Positions 17,301 through 24,312 are shown, counted from the stretch's first letter. The stretch is DNA of 32,000 bases from Horticoccus luteus (GCF_019464535.1 NZ_CP080507.1:690001-722000), one strand, 5' to 3'. A program made the numbers and translations. The notes: generated by a model not told the origin, from the letters alone.

Positions 17301-20300
17301 CTGCTGCGGCTGGCAACTACAGTGTCGTTGCGAAGGTGCGAGATACCAACGGTAACACGGCCACCTCAACTCCGGTGGCCATCACGATCACGTCAGGTGT
17401 GGCCCCGACGGTAGCCATGGCCACGCCTGCGAATGGTGCCATACTGTCTATTAATGTCCCCGTGATGCTCTTAGCGAACGCGAACTCGACCACAGGTTCG
17501 ATCTCCCGTGTCCGTTTTTTTGCGAATAACATGACCGTCGGTGATGCCGTTACGGAATACCCCTATTTTGTCTCCTTCACGCCGCCGTCCCCTGGCGTTT
17601 ATGTGCTCACAGCACAAGCGACGGATAATCTAGGCAATATCACCACCAGCGCGCCGCATATCGTCACGGCAACGCCCGCGGCGACTTCGATTGCGATCAC
17701 GGCGCCGACGAACGGAGCGACCGCCCTTGTCAACAAGACTCACGACATCACAGCGACAGTCACAGCGGGCAGCGTTCCGGTCAGCAACGTGGAGTTTTTT
17801 GTTGATGGCGTTTCCATCGGAGTGGCGACGCAGATGCCCTATACCGTTTCGTGGACTCCAACGCTTGCCGGTATGCACATTGTCAAAGCGGTCGCAACTG
17901 ATCTGGTGGGAGCCAAGACATCGTCGCTCGCGGTAAGTCTCGTCACGCCGCTAAGCGTCGCAATCACCTCGCCGGCCAGTCTAGGCACGGTCGCTGGTGG
18001 TGCCGTAACACAGGTGACGGTGACCGCGACGAGCACGAATGGTTATCCGGTGAACGTGCAGCTTTTCGCCGACGACAAATACGTTGGCGAAACGACCATC
18101 ATGACCGCCGGCGGGTCCGGCACGATCACCTTCACTCCAGTGCAGAAGAAAATCATGGATGCCAACGGCAACCTGGTCTTGGTGCCCACGCCCTTGAGGG
18201 CGGTCGCCAGCGACGTGAGCGGAGTAACCGCCACCTCTGCGGAGATTCAGGTCAACGTCACGGAAGGCGGCAGCGGGACGGGCTCGACGGTCGTCGGCCA
18301 GCCTCCGGTGGCTGCGTTGATTACGCCCACGGCCAGCACAACCTTGCCGGTCGCCGCTCCGGTCACGCTTGGTGCCACGGCTTCCGATCCCGACGGCAAT
18401 ATCACGTCGGTTATCTTCCGGGTGAACGGCCAGGTGTATGCCACCCTGAACGCATATCCTTACTACACGTTGTGGACGCCGACGAATCTCGGCACTTACG
18501 CGATCGACGTCAAAGTCACCGACAACGACGGCAACACCACGATCAGCGCCCCAGTGACGGTGTCCGTCATCGATCCCGGCCCGGGATTGCCGACGGTCGC
18601 GATCACAAGTCCCGCCAACAACGCGGTCGTCACCGCCGGGACGATTACAAACGTGACCGCGTCCGCCACGGATGACATCAGCGTGGCGCGCGTGCAGTTT
18701 TACGTGAACGGCCAGCCGCTCGGCGAGGCCATCACTGCTTCGCCTTACAACGTGAGCTGGACGCCTTCGACTCCGGGCACTTACACGCTGGTCGCCCGCG
18801 CGACGGACAACATCGGCAATCAGGCGACATCCAGCCCGGTCACGGTGACCGTTGGCACCAACGCGGCCCCGGTCGTGGCGTTGACGACACCCACTTCGGG
18901 TTCGAGCGCCGTCAGCGGGATGCCGGTAAATCTCACCGCCACTGCGAATGACGCCGACGGCACCGTCGTGCTGGTGCGTTTTCTGGCGAACAATATCGAA
19001 GTCGGGCGGGCGACGACGGCGCCATTTACGGTCGCGTGGACACCCGGTTCGGCGGGTGCTTATACGCTCGTGGCGGAGGCGACGGATAATTCGAGCAATG
19101 TCGCGCTGTCGGCGAGCGCCAGCCTTACGGTCGTGGCAAACCAAGCGCCGACGGTGCGCGTGACGGCGCCGAGCGACGGCAGCACGTTGGCGCAGGGCAC
19201 GGCCACCACGATTACGGCTCAGGCGGCGGACGCCGATGGCTCTGTCACCTCAGTCAAGTTTTACGTCAACGGAGCGCTGCTCGCCACGGGGGCGGCGGCA
19301 CCTTACAGCACGCCTTGGACGCCGTCGTCAGCGGGCTTGTATCGCCTCAACGCGGTCGCAACGGACAACGCCGGGATCACCACGACGTCGGCTGACGTTA
19401 ATATCATGGTCGTGAGTCCGGGCAGCACGGCGCCGGACGTCGTCTATAAAGGCATCTACGGATCAGCGGAGCAGGGCACGTTCATGATGATCAACATCGG
19501 TGGAAAGCATGCGGCGTTGATCGGCCAGTCGAGCAGTGGGCCGGCGAAAACGTATTTCCTACCGGCAGTCACATTGAACAGCACGGGCGGATTCGACGCG
19601 ATGCTGGGCGGCAAAGCTTTTGCCGGGCAGGCGACCGAGGGCGCGGCGACCGCCACGCTGGGCGGCAACGCCGGCTTGGTCTTCATCGCCCCGACCGTCC
19701 CGGCGGCCGGAAGCGCCGTGGCATCCGGTTACTACACGGGCAATCTCACCGGCGCGCCTGCAAGCCAGGTGGCGGCTATCGTCGCGCCCGACGGCTCGAT
19801 CGAGGTTTATGTCGCCAATGGCACTTTCACGGACGCGGGCGCCGGCACGGTGGACGGAACCGGCGCATTCCGGGTGACGACCGCTGCGGGCAATACGCTG
19901 AGCGGCACCGCCGATCCGGCGACAGGTTTCCTCACGGGCACGCTCACCGGCAGTTCGGGTGGCGCGTTCACCGGCGCGATCGCTTCGGGCTCCAGTTTGA
20001 GTGATGGCGCGCTGCTCAACGTCTCGACGCGCGGACTCGCGAGTGCGGGCGATAAAGTGCTGATTGCGGGCTTCGTCGTGGAAGGCACGACACCGAAGCG
20101 CATGCTCGTGCGCGCCGCAGGCCCGTCACTGGGTCTGGCGGGGCAAGTCGCGAATCCCTCGGTCGCTCTGTTCAATCAGGCGGGAGCAGCGGTGGCCTCC
20201 AACGACGATTGGGCCACGCCGGTCGGGGTGGGCGCGGCCACGCAGGGCGACATCGCGGCAGCGGCGAATCTGGTGGGCGCGTTTCCTTTCACCACGGCAT

Positions 20301-20845
20301 TCGATTCCGCCGTGCTGACGACGCTCGCCCCCGGCGTTTATACGGCGCAGGTGAGCAGCGGCTCAGGCACCGCGGGGATCGCGCTTGTGGAGGTTTACGA
20401 CGTCGATACGCCCGCCTCATTTTCGGCGAAGAAAATCGTCAACCTCTCCACGCGCGGACAGGTCGGCGCGGGCGGAGATGAAGGCTTGATCGCGGGCTTC
20501 GTGATTTCCGGCCATGCGCCGAAGAAGGTGCTGATTCGCGGGGCCGGGCCTTGGCTCGCGCAATTCGGTGTCGCGGGTGTGCTCGCGAACCCCAAAATCT
20601 CGCTCTACCGCACGAATCCCCCGGCCGCGCCCACCTTGGTGCGCGAAAACGACGACTGGGAGGTGGGGAACGACTCCGCGCTCATCGTGGACGCGACGGC
20701 GAAGGCTCGGGCGGCGCCGTTTGACGCGGGCAGCAAGGACGCGGCGATTCTGCTGCGGCTGCCGCCCGGCGTTTACACGGCGAATCTCACGGGCGTCGCG
20801 GGCGCAACGGGCATCGCGCTGATCGAAGTCTACGAAGTGCCGTAA
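14354..20845 (+). CDS. Giant secreted 2163-aa protein with four parts: signal peptide, ~17 tandem bacterial Ig-like modules, a Gly/Ala/Thr-rich bipartite middle module, and a tandem pair of the shared C-terminal module
   Basis: I take the ATG at 14354, which has a GAAGG Shine-Dalgarno sequence at 14342-14346 and encodes the signal peptide MKPWWKLLCGAALSAALALTGFAQS. The recurrent module pattern is A.A.D.dG.I.sVqFfvNG..vG...t.PY...WtP...G.Y.l.A.AtDn.G..ttS. The C-terminal modules start at NVSTR and NLSTR. Confidence 0.9.
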   Translation: MKPWWKLLCGAALSAALALTGFAQSQSPINVTIIGIGVNGVPTAPANERSGPAGTPIEIEAQGLGTSMITSFTYSAYVNGVHIGTSQTAINPPSTFIVEWTPPAPGAYFITVKIDDGTSTATSLPVRYFATGTTVNSPVDGTLVPAGSSVVLKADATGAQGFVKQVQFYANGVAIGAADTTYPYSLIYTPQGAGGTSYSITAVATDNNGAMLSTSPAITLTTVTPIPAPPTSVISTPEDGAVIAVPSATSPLAVVVDANSSSGFVSKVELYIDGVLSDTKTTYPYKFTWTPQVVGTYHLVALTYDDKNNVVASSAGVGGGATPTPTTVTIAAPPTVTISAPTANSTLTSGTPVQVSATATDPGGHAITSVQFFVDSEFVGVVSTPSAGSTYTITTTLSQKTSSDGTPIPSSITALATNNVGLATISSAITVNVTAGGGSGGGTVIGNAPTVSVTAPVAATPLAVNVPHTLAANATDTDGNIVSVQFFVNGTSVGTVNTYPYSLSWTPVSLGAYAITAAATDNDGNSVTSSTVSVSVVDPSASAPTVVVTSPANLASIAVNAPQTLIASATDDVAISGVQFYVNGQPQGLPITAFPYATSWLPASPGTYAIKAVASDNVGNQTTSATNVITVTATPPASAVVVITAPSSVPTIFVNSAHTVSADAAVANGNIVSVQFFANGAPIGNVNNYPYAVSWTPVTPGTYALTAVAKDNHGLQTTSPDQVVTVVAGSAPSVTLVAPADGASVALGGTQNITASANGGSASVASVQFFLNGNLLGVATSAPYTIQWTPLTLGTYALTAAVTDTNGHTVTSAPISATVVVPKPSLAFTPPTSVTVNTLQTLVATATPVAGTSVTQVEFFINGASVGVDTLAPYTMPWTPAATGTYTLSAIATDSLGGQSALVSVPVSVVALPRIDVVSPNGGATYVLGTPTALVANVTVGSGLVAGVSFFVNDVNVTQGDELLAPVALQGSGSPFFSQNWLPAAAGNYSVVAKVRDTNGNTATSTPVAITITSGVAPTVAMATPANGAILSINVPVMLLANANSTTGSISRVRFFANNMTVGDAVTEYPYFVSFTPPSPGVYVLTAQATDNLGNITTSAPHIVTATPAATSIAITAPTNGATALVNKTHDITATVTAGSVPVSNVEFFVDGVSIGVATQMPYTVSWTPTLAGMHIVKAVATDLVGAKTSSLAVSLVTPLSVAITSPASLGTVAGGAVTQVTVTATSTNGYPVNVQLFADDKYVGETTIMTAGGSGTITFTPVQKKIMDANGNLVLVPTPLRAVASDVSGVTATSAEIQVNVTEGGSGTGSTVVGQPPVAALITPTASTTLPVAAPVTLGATASDPDGNITSVIFRVNGQVYATLNAYPYYTLWTPTNLGTYAIDVKVTDNDGNTTISAPVTVSVIDPGPGLPTVAITSPANNAVVTAGTITNVTASATDDISVARVQFYVNGQPLGEAITASPYNVSWTPSTPGTYTLVARATDNIGNQATSSPVTVTVGTNAAPVVALTTPTSGSSAVSGMPVNLTATANDADGTVVLVRFLANNIEVGRATTAPFTVAWTPGSAGAYTLVAEATDNSSNVALSASASLTVVANQAPTVRVTAPSDGSTLAQGTATTITAQAADADGSVTSVKFYVNGALLATGAAAPYSTPWTPSSAGLYRLNAVATDNAGITTTSADVNIMVVSPGSTAPDVVYKGIYGSAEQGTFMMINIGGKHAALIGQSSSGPAKTYFLPAVTLNSTGGFDAMLGGKAFAGQATEGAATATLGGNAGLVFIAPTVPAAGSAVASGYYTGNLTGAPASQVAAIVAPDGSIEVYVANGTFTDAGAGTVDGTGAFRVTTAAGNTLSGTADPATGFLTGTLTGSSGGAFTGAIASGSSLSDGALLNVSTRGLASAGDKVLIAGFVVEGTTPKRMLVRAAGPSLGLAGQVANPSVALFNQAGAAVASNDDWATPVGVGAATQGDIAAAANLVGAFPFTTAFDSAVLTTLAPGVYTAQVSSGSGTAGIALVEVYDVDTPASFSAKKIVNLSTRGQVGAGGDEGLIAGFVISGHAPKKVLIRGAGPWLAQFGVAGVLANPKISLYRTNPPAAPTLVRENDDWEVGNDSALIVDATAKARAAPFDAGSKDAAILLRLPPGVYTANLTGVAGATGIALIEVYEVP
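14432..19420 (+). repeat. Array of ~17 tandem ~95-100-aa Ig-like coding repeats inside the giant gene
   Basis: I counted seventeen occurrences of the core [VI]-x-[FYL]-[FY]-[VAI]-[ND]-[GSDN] plus PY..(W)TP signature, for example VQFYANG, VELYIDG, VQFFVDS, VQFFVNG, VQFYVNG, VQFFANG, VQFFLNG, VEFFING and so on. Confidence 0.8.
20006..20842 (+). other. Tandem pair of the shared C-terminal module, copies B1 (20006-20431) and B2 (20432-20842)
   Basis: B1 runs GALLNVSTRGLASAGDKVLIAGFVVEG...MLVRAAGPSL...NDDW...GVYTAQV...IALVEVYD. B2 runs KIVNLSTRGQVGAGGDEGLIAGFVISG...VLIRGAGPWL...NDDW...SKDAAILL...GVYTANL...IALIEVYEVP-stop. Confidence 0.75.
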
Positions 20846-20865
20846 ACGCGGTGGGCGCAGGAAAC

Positions 20866-20894
20866 GGCGGGCGCATCGCGGACGGTGCGCCGCC
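20866..20894. terminator. Candidate bidirectional hairpin between convergent genes
   Basis: ggcgggcgca (20866-20875) pairs with tgcgccgcc (20886-20894) with one bulge. There is no T-run, so this call is weak. Confidence 0.3.
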
Positions 20895-20902
20895 GCCTCG
20901 CG

Positions 20903-21514
20903 TTACCACCAGCCCGCGACGAAACCGGCGCACGCTTTGATGGCGAAGACGCCGGCGTTTTTGGCGAAGTGCGCAGCGACGCAGGGCACGAGCGAGCGCG
21001 TGCGGTTCCACGCCGCGAGGCGCGCAGCGTAGAGCCACAACGACGTGACAAACACGGCCGCGGCGCTGAACCAGCCTTTCGCGCCAAGGGTGAAGGCGAA
21101 GCCGTGTTCATCCCATTGCCAGAGGAAAGGGTGGAGCGCGGCGAACAGCAGCGATGCGCCGAACGCGGCGAGCCACATGACGGTGCGGCCGCGGTTTTCC
21201 ACCACGAGGTAGCCGCGAAACACCAACTCCTCGATGATCGGCGCACAAAGCGTGTAGAGCGCGAAAAGGATCGTCATGTGGCTTTGCTGCGCGGCGAGCC
21301 CGAGGCGTTGTTCCCCCCACGTTTCGGCGGCCAGGATCACCAGCACGCCGGCGCAGGCGATCGTGACGGCGCGAAGAGACGTGGGCCGGGCGCCCGGCAG
21401 CGCGCCAGGGCGAGCCTGGCCGGCGGTTTGCGCGCGGTAGTCCTGCCACCAAAAGCGCGCGATCAAGACAGACATCGCGATCATGACGAGGAGGACGACA
21501 GGGTTGTTGCTCAT
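20903..21514 (-). CDS. CPBP family intramembrane glutamic endopeptidase (CAAX protease-like)
   Basis: The protein is multi-pass hydrophobic and 203 aa long. It carries the three CPBP motifs: EELVFRGYL (EExxxR), FAALHP (FxxxH) and HFAKN (HxxxN). Confidence 0.8.
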   Translation of the reverse strand: MSNNPVVLLVMIAMSVLIARFWWQDYRAQTAGQARPGALPGARPTSLRAVTIACAGVLVILAAETWGEQRLGLAAQQSHMTILFALYTLCAPIIEELVFRGYLVVENRGRTVMWLAAFGASLLFAALHPFLWQWDEHGFAFTLGAKGWFSAAAVFVTSLWLYAARLAAWNRTRSLVPCVAAHFAKNAGVFAIKACAGFVAGWW

Positions 21515-21575
21515 GGTGGCAGGGGATTCGTTAGTCCATTGACGAGCGCCTGCCTAGTCCCGTTTGCTAGGTCGC

Positions 21576-22625
21576 ATGCCTGAGGCCCGCCCAACTCCCG
21601 GAACCGGTGTGGCGCCGCACGAACCTGCCGCCGCGGCGGGGTTTGAAGCGGTGTTTGGTATTTTGCGCGAACACATGCGCGAGCTCGATGCCTGTTTGCG
21701 GGACCAACTCACGGCGTTTGAACCGGAGATCCAGGCGATGGTGGATTACTGCATCGACACGTCGGGCAAGCGTCTCCGGCCGGCGCTGGTCTTCCTGAGC
21801 GGCTGGCGCGATGGCGTGCCCGACGATCAATTGGTGCGGGCGGCGGCGGTTGTGGAACTCGTGCATCTGGCGACGCTGGTGCACGACGACATCATGGATG
21901 GTGCGGACCTGCGGCGCAATCGACGGACAGCGGCGCGGGAATTTGGCGCTTCGGCGGCCGTGTTGCTGGGCGACGCGCTTTTTGCGCATTCCCTGACCCT
22001 CGCGGCGAAATATCCCACCCCCGATATCTGCCACGATGTCGCCAACTCCACGCGCAAGGTCTGCGCGGGGGAAATCGTGCAGACGCTGCGGCGGGGCACG
22101 ACGAACATCACGCGCGCGGACTATTTTCGCGTGATCGATTTGAAGACGGCAGAGCTGTTTCGGCTCTCCTGCCAACTCGGGGCCAAGCTCGCGCGGCACG
22201 AGGACGCGTTTGTCGAGGCGGCGGCGCGTTTCGGCCGGCATCTGGGCATCGCTTACCAAATTTACGACGATCTCGTGGACTTTTTTGGCGAAGAGCAGCG
22301 CATCGGCAAAACCCTCGGAACCGATCTGGCGAGTGGGAAACTGACGTTGCCACTGCTGGCGTTGATGGACCGGCTTCCAGCGGAGGACCGCGCGGCGCTC
22401 GCGGCGGAGATTAGCGGCGAGGCGGCGCCCCAATCGCTGCTGCGCTTGCGTCAGATGCGCGAGACGGGAGTTTTTGGTGTCGTGACGGCGGAATTGGAGA
22501 CTGAACTGGCGGCAGCGGCGGCCAGTCTGGCGCCGTGGCGAATGCTTCCGCCGGTGCCACTGCTGTTGAAGCTCAGCGACTTGCTTCAATCGCAGGTGAC
22601 GGCGCTACGCGCGCGGGCGGCCTGA
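21576..22625 (+). CDS. Long-chain trans-polyprenyl diphosphate synthase (IspB/HepT-like)
   Basis: The first Asp-rich motif is LATLVHDDIMDGADLRR, with a small residue at position -5 that is typical of long-chain enzymes. The second motif is YQIYDDLVDF. KRLRPAL and GKTLGTDLASGKLTLP are also present. I prefer the ATG at 21576 to the TTG at 21564. Confidence 0.85.
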   Translation: MPEARPTPGTGVAPHEPAAAAGFEAVFGILREHMRELDACLRDQLTAFEPEIQAMVDYCIDTSGKRLRPALVFLSGWRDGVPDDQLVRAAAVVELVHLATLVHDDIMDGADLRRNRRTAAREFGASAAVLLGDALFAHSLTLAAKYPTPDICHDVANSTRKVCAGEIVQTLRRGTTNITRADYFRVIDLKTAELFRLSCQLGAKLARHEDAFVEAAARFGRHLGIAYQIYDDLVDFFGEEQRIGKTLGTDLASGKLTLPLLALMDRLPAEDRAALAAEISGEAAPQSLLRLRQMRETGVFGVVTAELETELAAAAASLAPWRMLPPVPLLLKLSDLLQSQVTALRARAA

Positions 22626-22805
22626 TTGGCGGAAGAACTGGCAGGAGGGAGCGAGGGCACCTGATGCGCGCGTTGACGTGCCGAGGGTGGGTGCGGCGTC
22701 AGGTGTCCGGTGCGCGCGTGAAACTTTAGGAAAACACCTCATGACGCGCCTCCGGGATGAGATTCAGTTTGCGCCTTTCGGTGCGGAGGATTGGATTGCA
22801 TCCGC

Positions 22806-23441
22806 ATGAGCGTGAGCAAGGCACTCGGTAAGACCTTCGTGGCGACGCCGGAGCGTCAGCACGAGGCCGACGCCGATTGGGCGGTGGTGCAGCGCGTGCA
22901 GAAGGGGAACGTGGCGGAGTTCGACGAACTCATCCGCAAATATCGGGAGCGGGTGTATGGCGTCATTTACCACATGACGTCGAACCGGGAGGATGCGGCT
23001 GACCTGACCCAAGACACGTTCATCAAGGCGTTTCAATCGATCCACCGTTTCCAAGGGCAGTCGTCGTTTTTTACGTGGCTGTATCGGATCGGCGTAAATT
23101 CGGCGCTGACACATCTGAGGAAAAGCCGTTTGCGGTCGTTTTTCAGCTTCGACCGGCTCGATGAAGAGCAACGCACATCCGCCGAGGTAATTGCGGCGTT
23201 AACGGACGCGACGGGAGCGGATAGGGAAACATTCGTGCATGAGCTTCAGCAAAAATTGAACGAGGCGATGCAGAAATTGTCTATCAAGCATCGCACTGTG
23301 ATTACTTTGTTCGAGATCGATGGCTTAGGCCACCAAGAGATTGCGGAAGTCATGAACTGCTCGGTCGGCACCGTTCGCTCCCGCCTGCATTACGCCAAGC
23401 AGTTGCTGCAGGCGGAATTACAACCTTATATGCGCCAATGA
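22806..23441 (+). CDS. ECF-type RNA polymerase sigma-70 family factor
   Basis: Region 2 is YRERVYGVIYHMTSNREDAADLTQDTFIKAFQSIHRFQGQSSFFTWLYRIGVNSAL. Region 4 is LFEIDGLGHQEIAEVMNCSVGTVRSRLHYAKQLL. I prefer the ATG at 22806 to the TTG at 22791. Confidence 0.85.
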   Translation: MSVSKALGKTFVATPERQHEADADWAVVQRVQKGNVAEFDELIRKYRERVYGVIYHMTSNREDAADLTQDTFIKAFQSIHRFQGQSSFFTWLYRIGVNSALTHLRKSRLRSFFSFDRLDEEQRTSAEVIAALTDATGADRETFVHELQQKLNEAMQKLSIKHRTVITLFEIDGLGHQEIAEVMNCSVGTVRSRLHYAKQLLQAELQPYMRQ

Positions 23442-24262
23442 AAATCCCCCATGAACGTTCGGTTACTTTGGAGGATTTGCTGCGCTTGAAGCGGGCAGAA
23501 CGCCCGTCTGCGGAGTTTTGGACGCAATTCGAGCGCGATCTCCGCCAAAAGCAGCTCGCGGCCATTTTGGTGCGGCGGCCGTGGTGGGCGCCGATGCTCC
23601 GCGGCTGGGTGCGTTTTGCGCATCTGCAGTTGCCGGTAGGTGCCACGGCGATTCTCGCGCTGACTTTTTTGGCGGTGCGCCAATACAACGTGGTCAATGT
23701 CGGCACGGGCATTGCGCCCGTGGTGGCTCATACCGCGAGCGTGGACGACGAAATTGCCACGCATCGCAGCTTCATCGCACCAACGGAGAAGGTTGCTCAA
23801 GATACGCCGTCGGCCGCCGCGGTGACGCATGCGTTGGATATCGATCAACCGGCGAGAATGCCGTCCTTGGGCGATGTGGCGCATGTGGTGCCGCTCCTCG
23901 ATTCGCCGGCACCGGCGTTGGATTCTCCGTCGGCCCGCTCCATCGCCGCCAACTTGGCGGCCGCGCAGGTGATCGATCCTGAATTGGCGGAGACGCTCGC
24001 CGGCCCAATGGATATGTCGGCACGCACCTCCTCCGCGTCGGGCAGGCGCATGGACCCGCTGGCCCGGATTTCGAAGCCCAGCGATGCGCGACGGGCGCGG
24101 CTTCTCGCCGGTTCACTGCCCGCGTCACCGATGTATGCTACGGCGTCGTTATCAAGCGACGACACCACGCACGAACGGATCAACAGCCGTCTTGAAGATC
24201 GCCTCTATGATTCTGTGCATCGCTTCGAAGCGGATGGGCGCAGCGTCTCGATCAAGTTCTGA
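23438..24262 (+). CDS. Putative membrane-anchored anti-sigma factor (hypothetical protein)
   Basis: ATGA overlap with the sigma factor stop codon. It has a short cytoplasmic N-terminus, one TM helix (LQLPVGATAILALTFLAV) and a low-complexity periplasmic tail. The call rests on context only; I recognised no family motif. Confidence 0.45.
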   Translation: MKIPHERSVTLEDLLRLKRAERPSAEFWTQFERDLRQKQLAAILVRRPWWAPMLRGWVRFAHLQLPVGATAILALTFLAVRQYNVVNVGTGIAPVVAHTASVDDEIATHRSFIAPTEKVAQDTPSAAAVTHALDIDQPARMPSLGDVAHVVPLLDSPAPALDSPSARSIAANLAAAQVIDPELAETLAGPMDMSARTSSASGRRMDPLARISKPSDARRARLLAGSLPASPMYATASLSSDDTTHERINSRLEDRLYDSVHRFEADGRSVSIKF

Positions 24263-24287
24263 GCCCCCGTTCAGCCTTTATTCACCC

Positions 24288-24312
24288 AAGCCCCGCCGCG
24301 TGCGGGGCTTTT
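24288..24312 (+). terminator. Rho-independent terminator after the sigma/anti-sigma pair
   Basis: A 9-bp stem, aagccccgc (24288-24296) with gcggggctt (24302-24310). The loop is 5 nt and is followed by tttt. Confidence 0.7.

Noticed and set aside
20903-21514. Possible functional link between the CPBP protease and the giant tagged protein (for example as a processing protease for the C-terminal module)
   Set aside because: The genes are convergent and separated by a hairpin. CPBP genes are common and scattered, and nothing in the sequence ties them together. This was noted only as an idea.
22700-22790. Possible ECF-type autoregulated promoter (GAAC-like -35 at about 22720, CGTC-like -10) upstream of the sigma factor gene
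   Set aside because: Only loose matches (gaaac ... gacg) at non-canonical spacing. I could not support a confident -35/-10 pair by eye.
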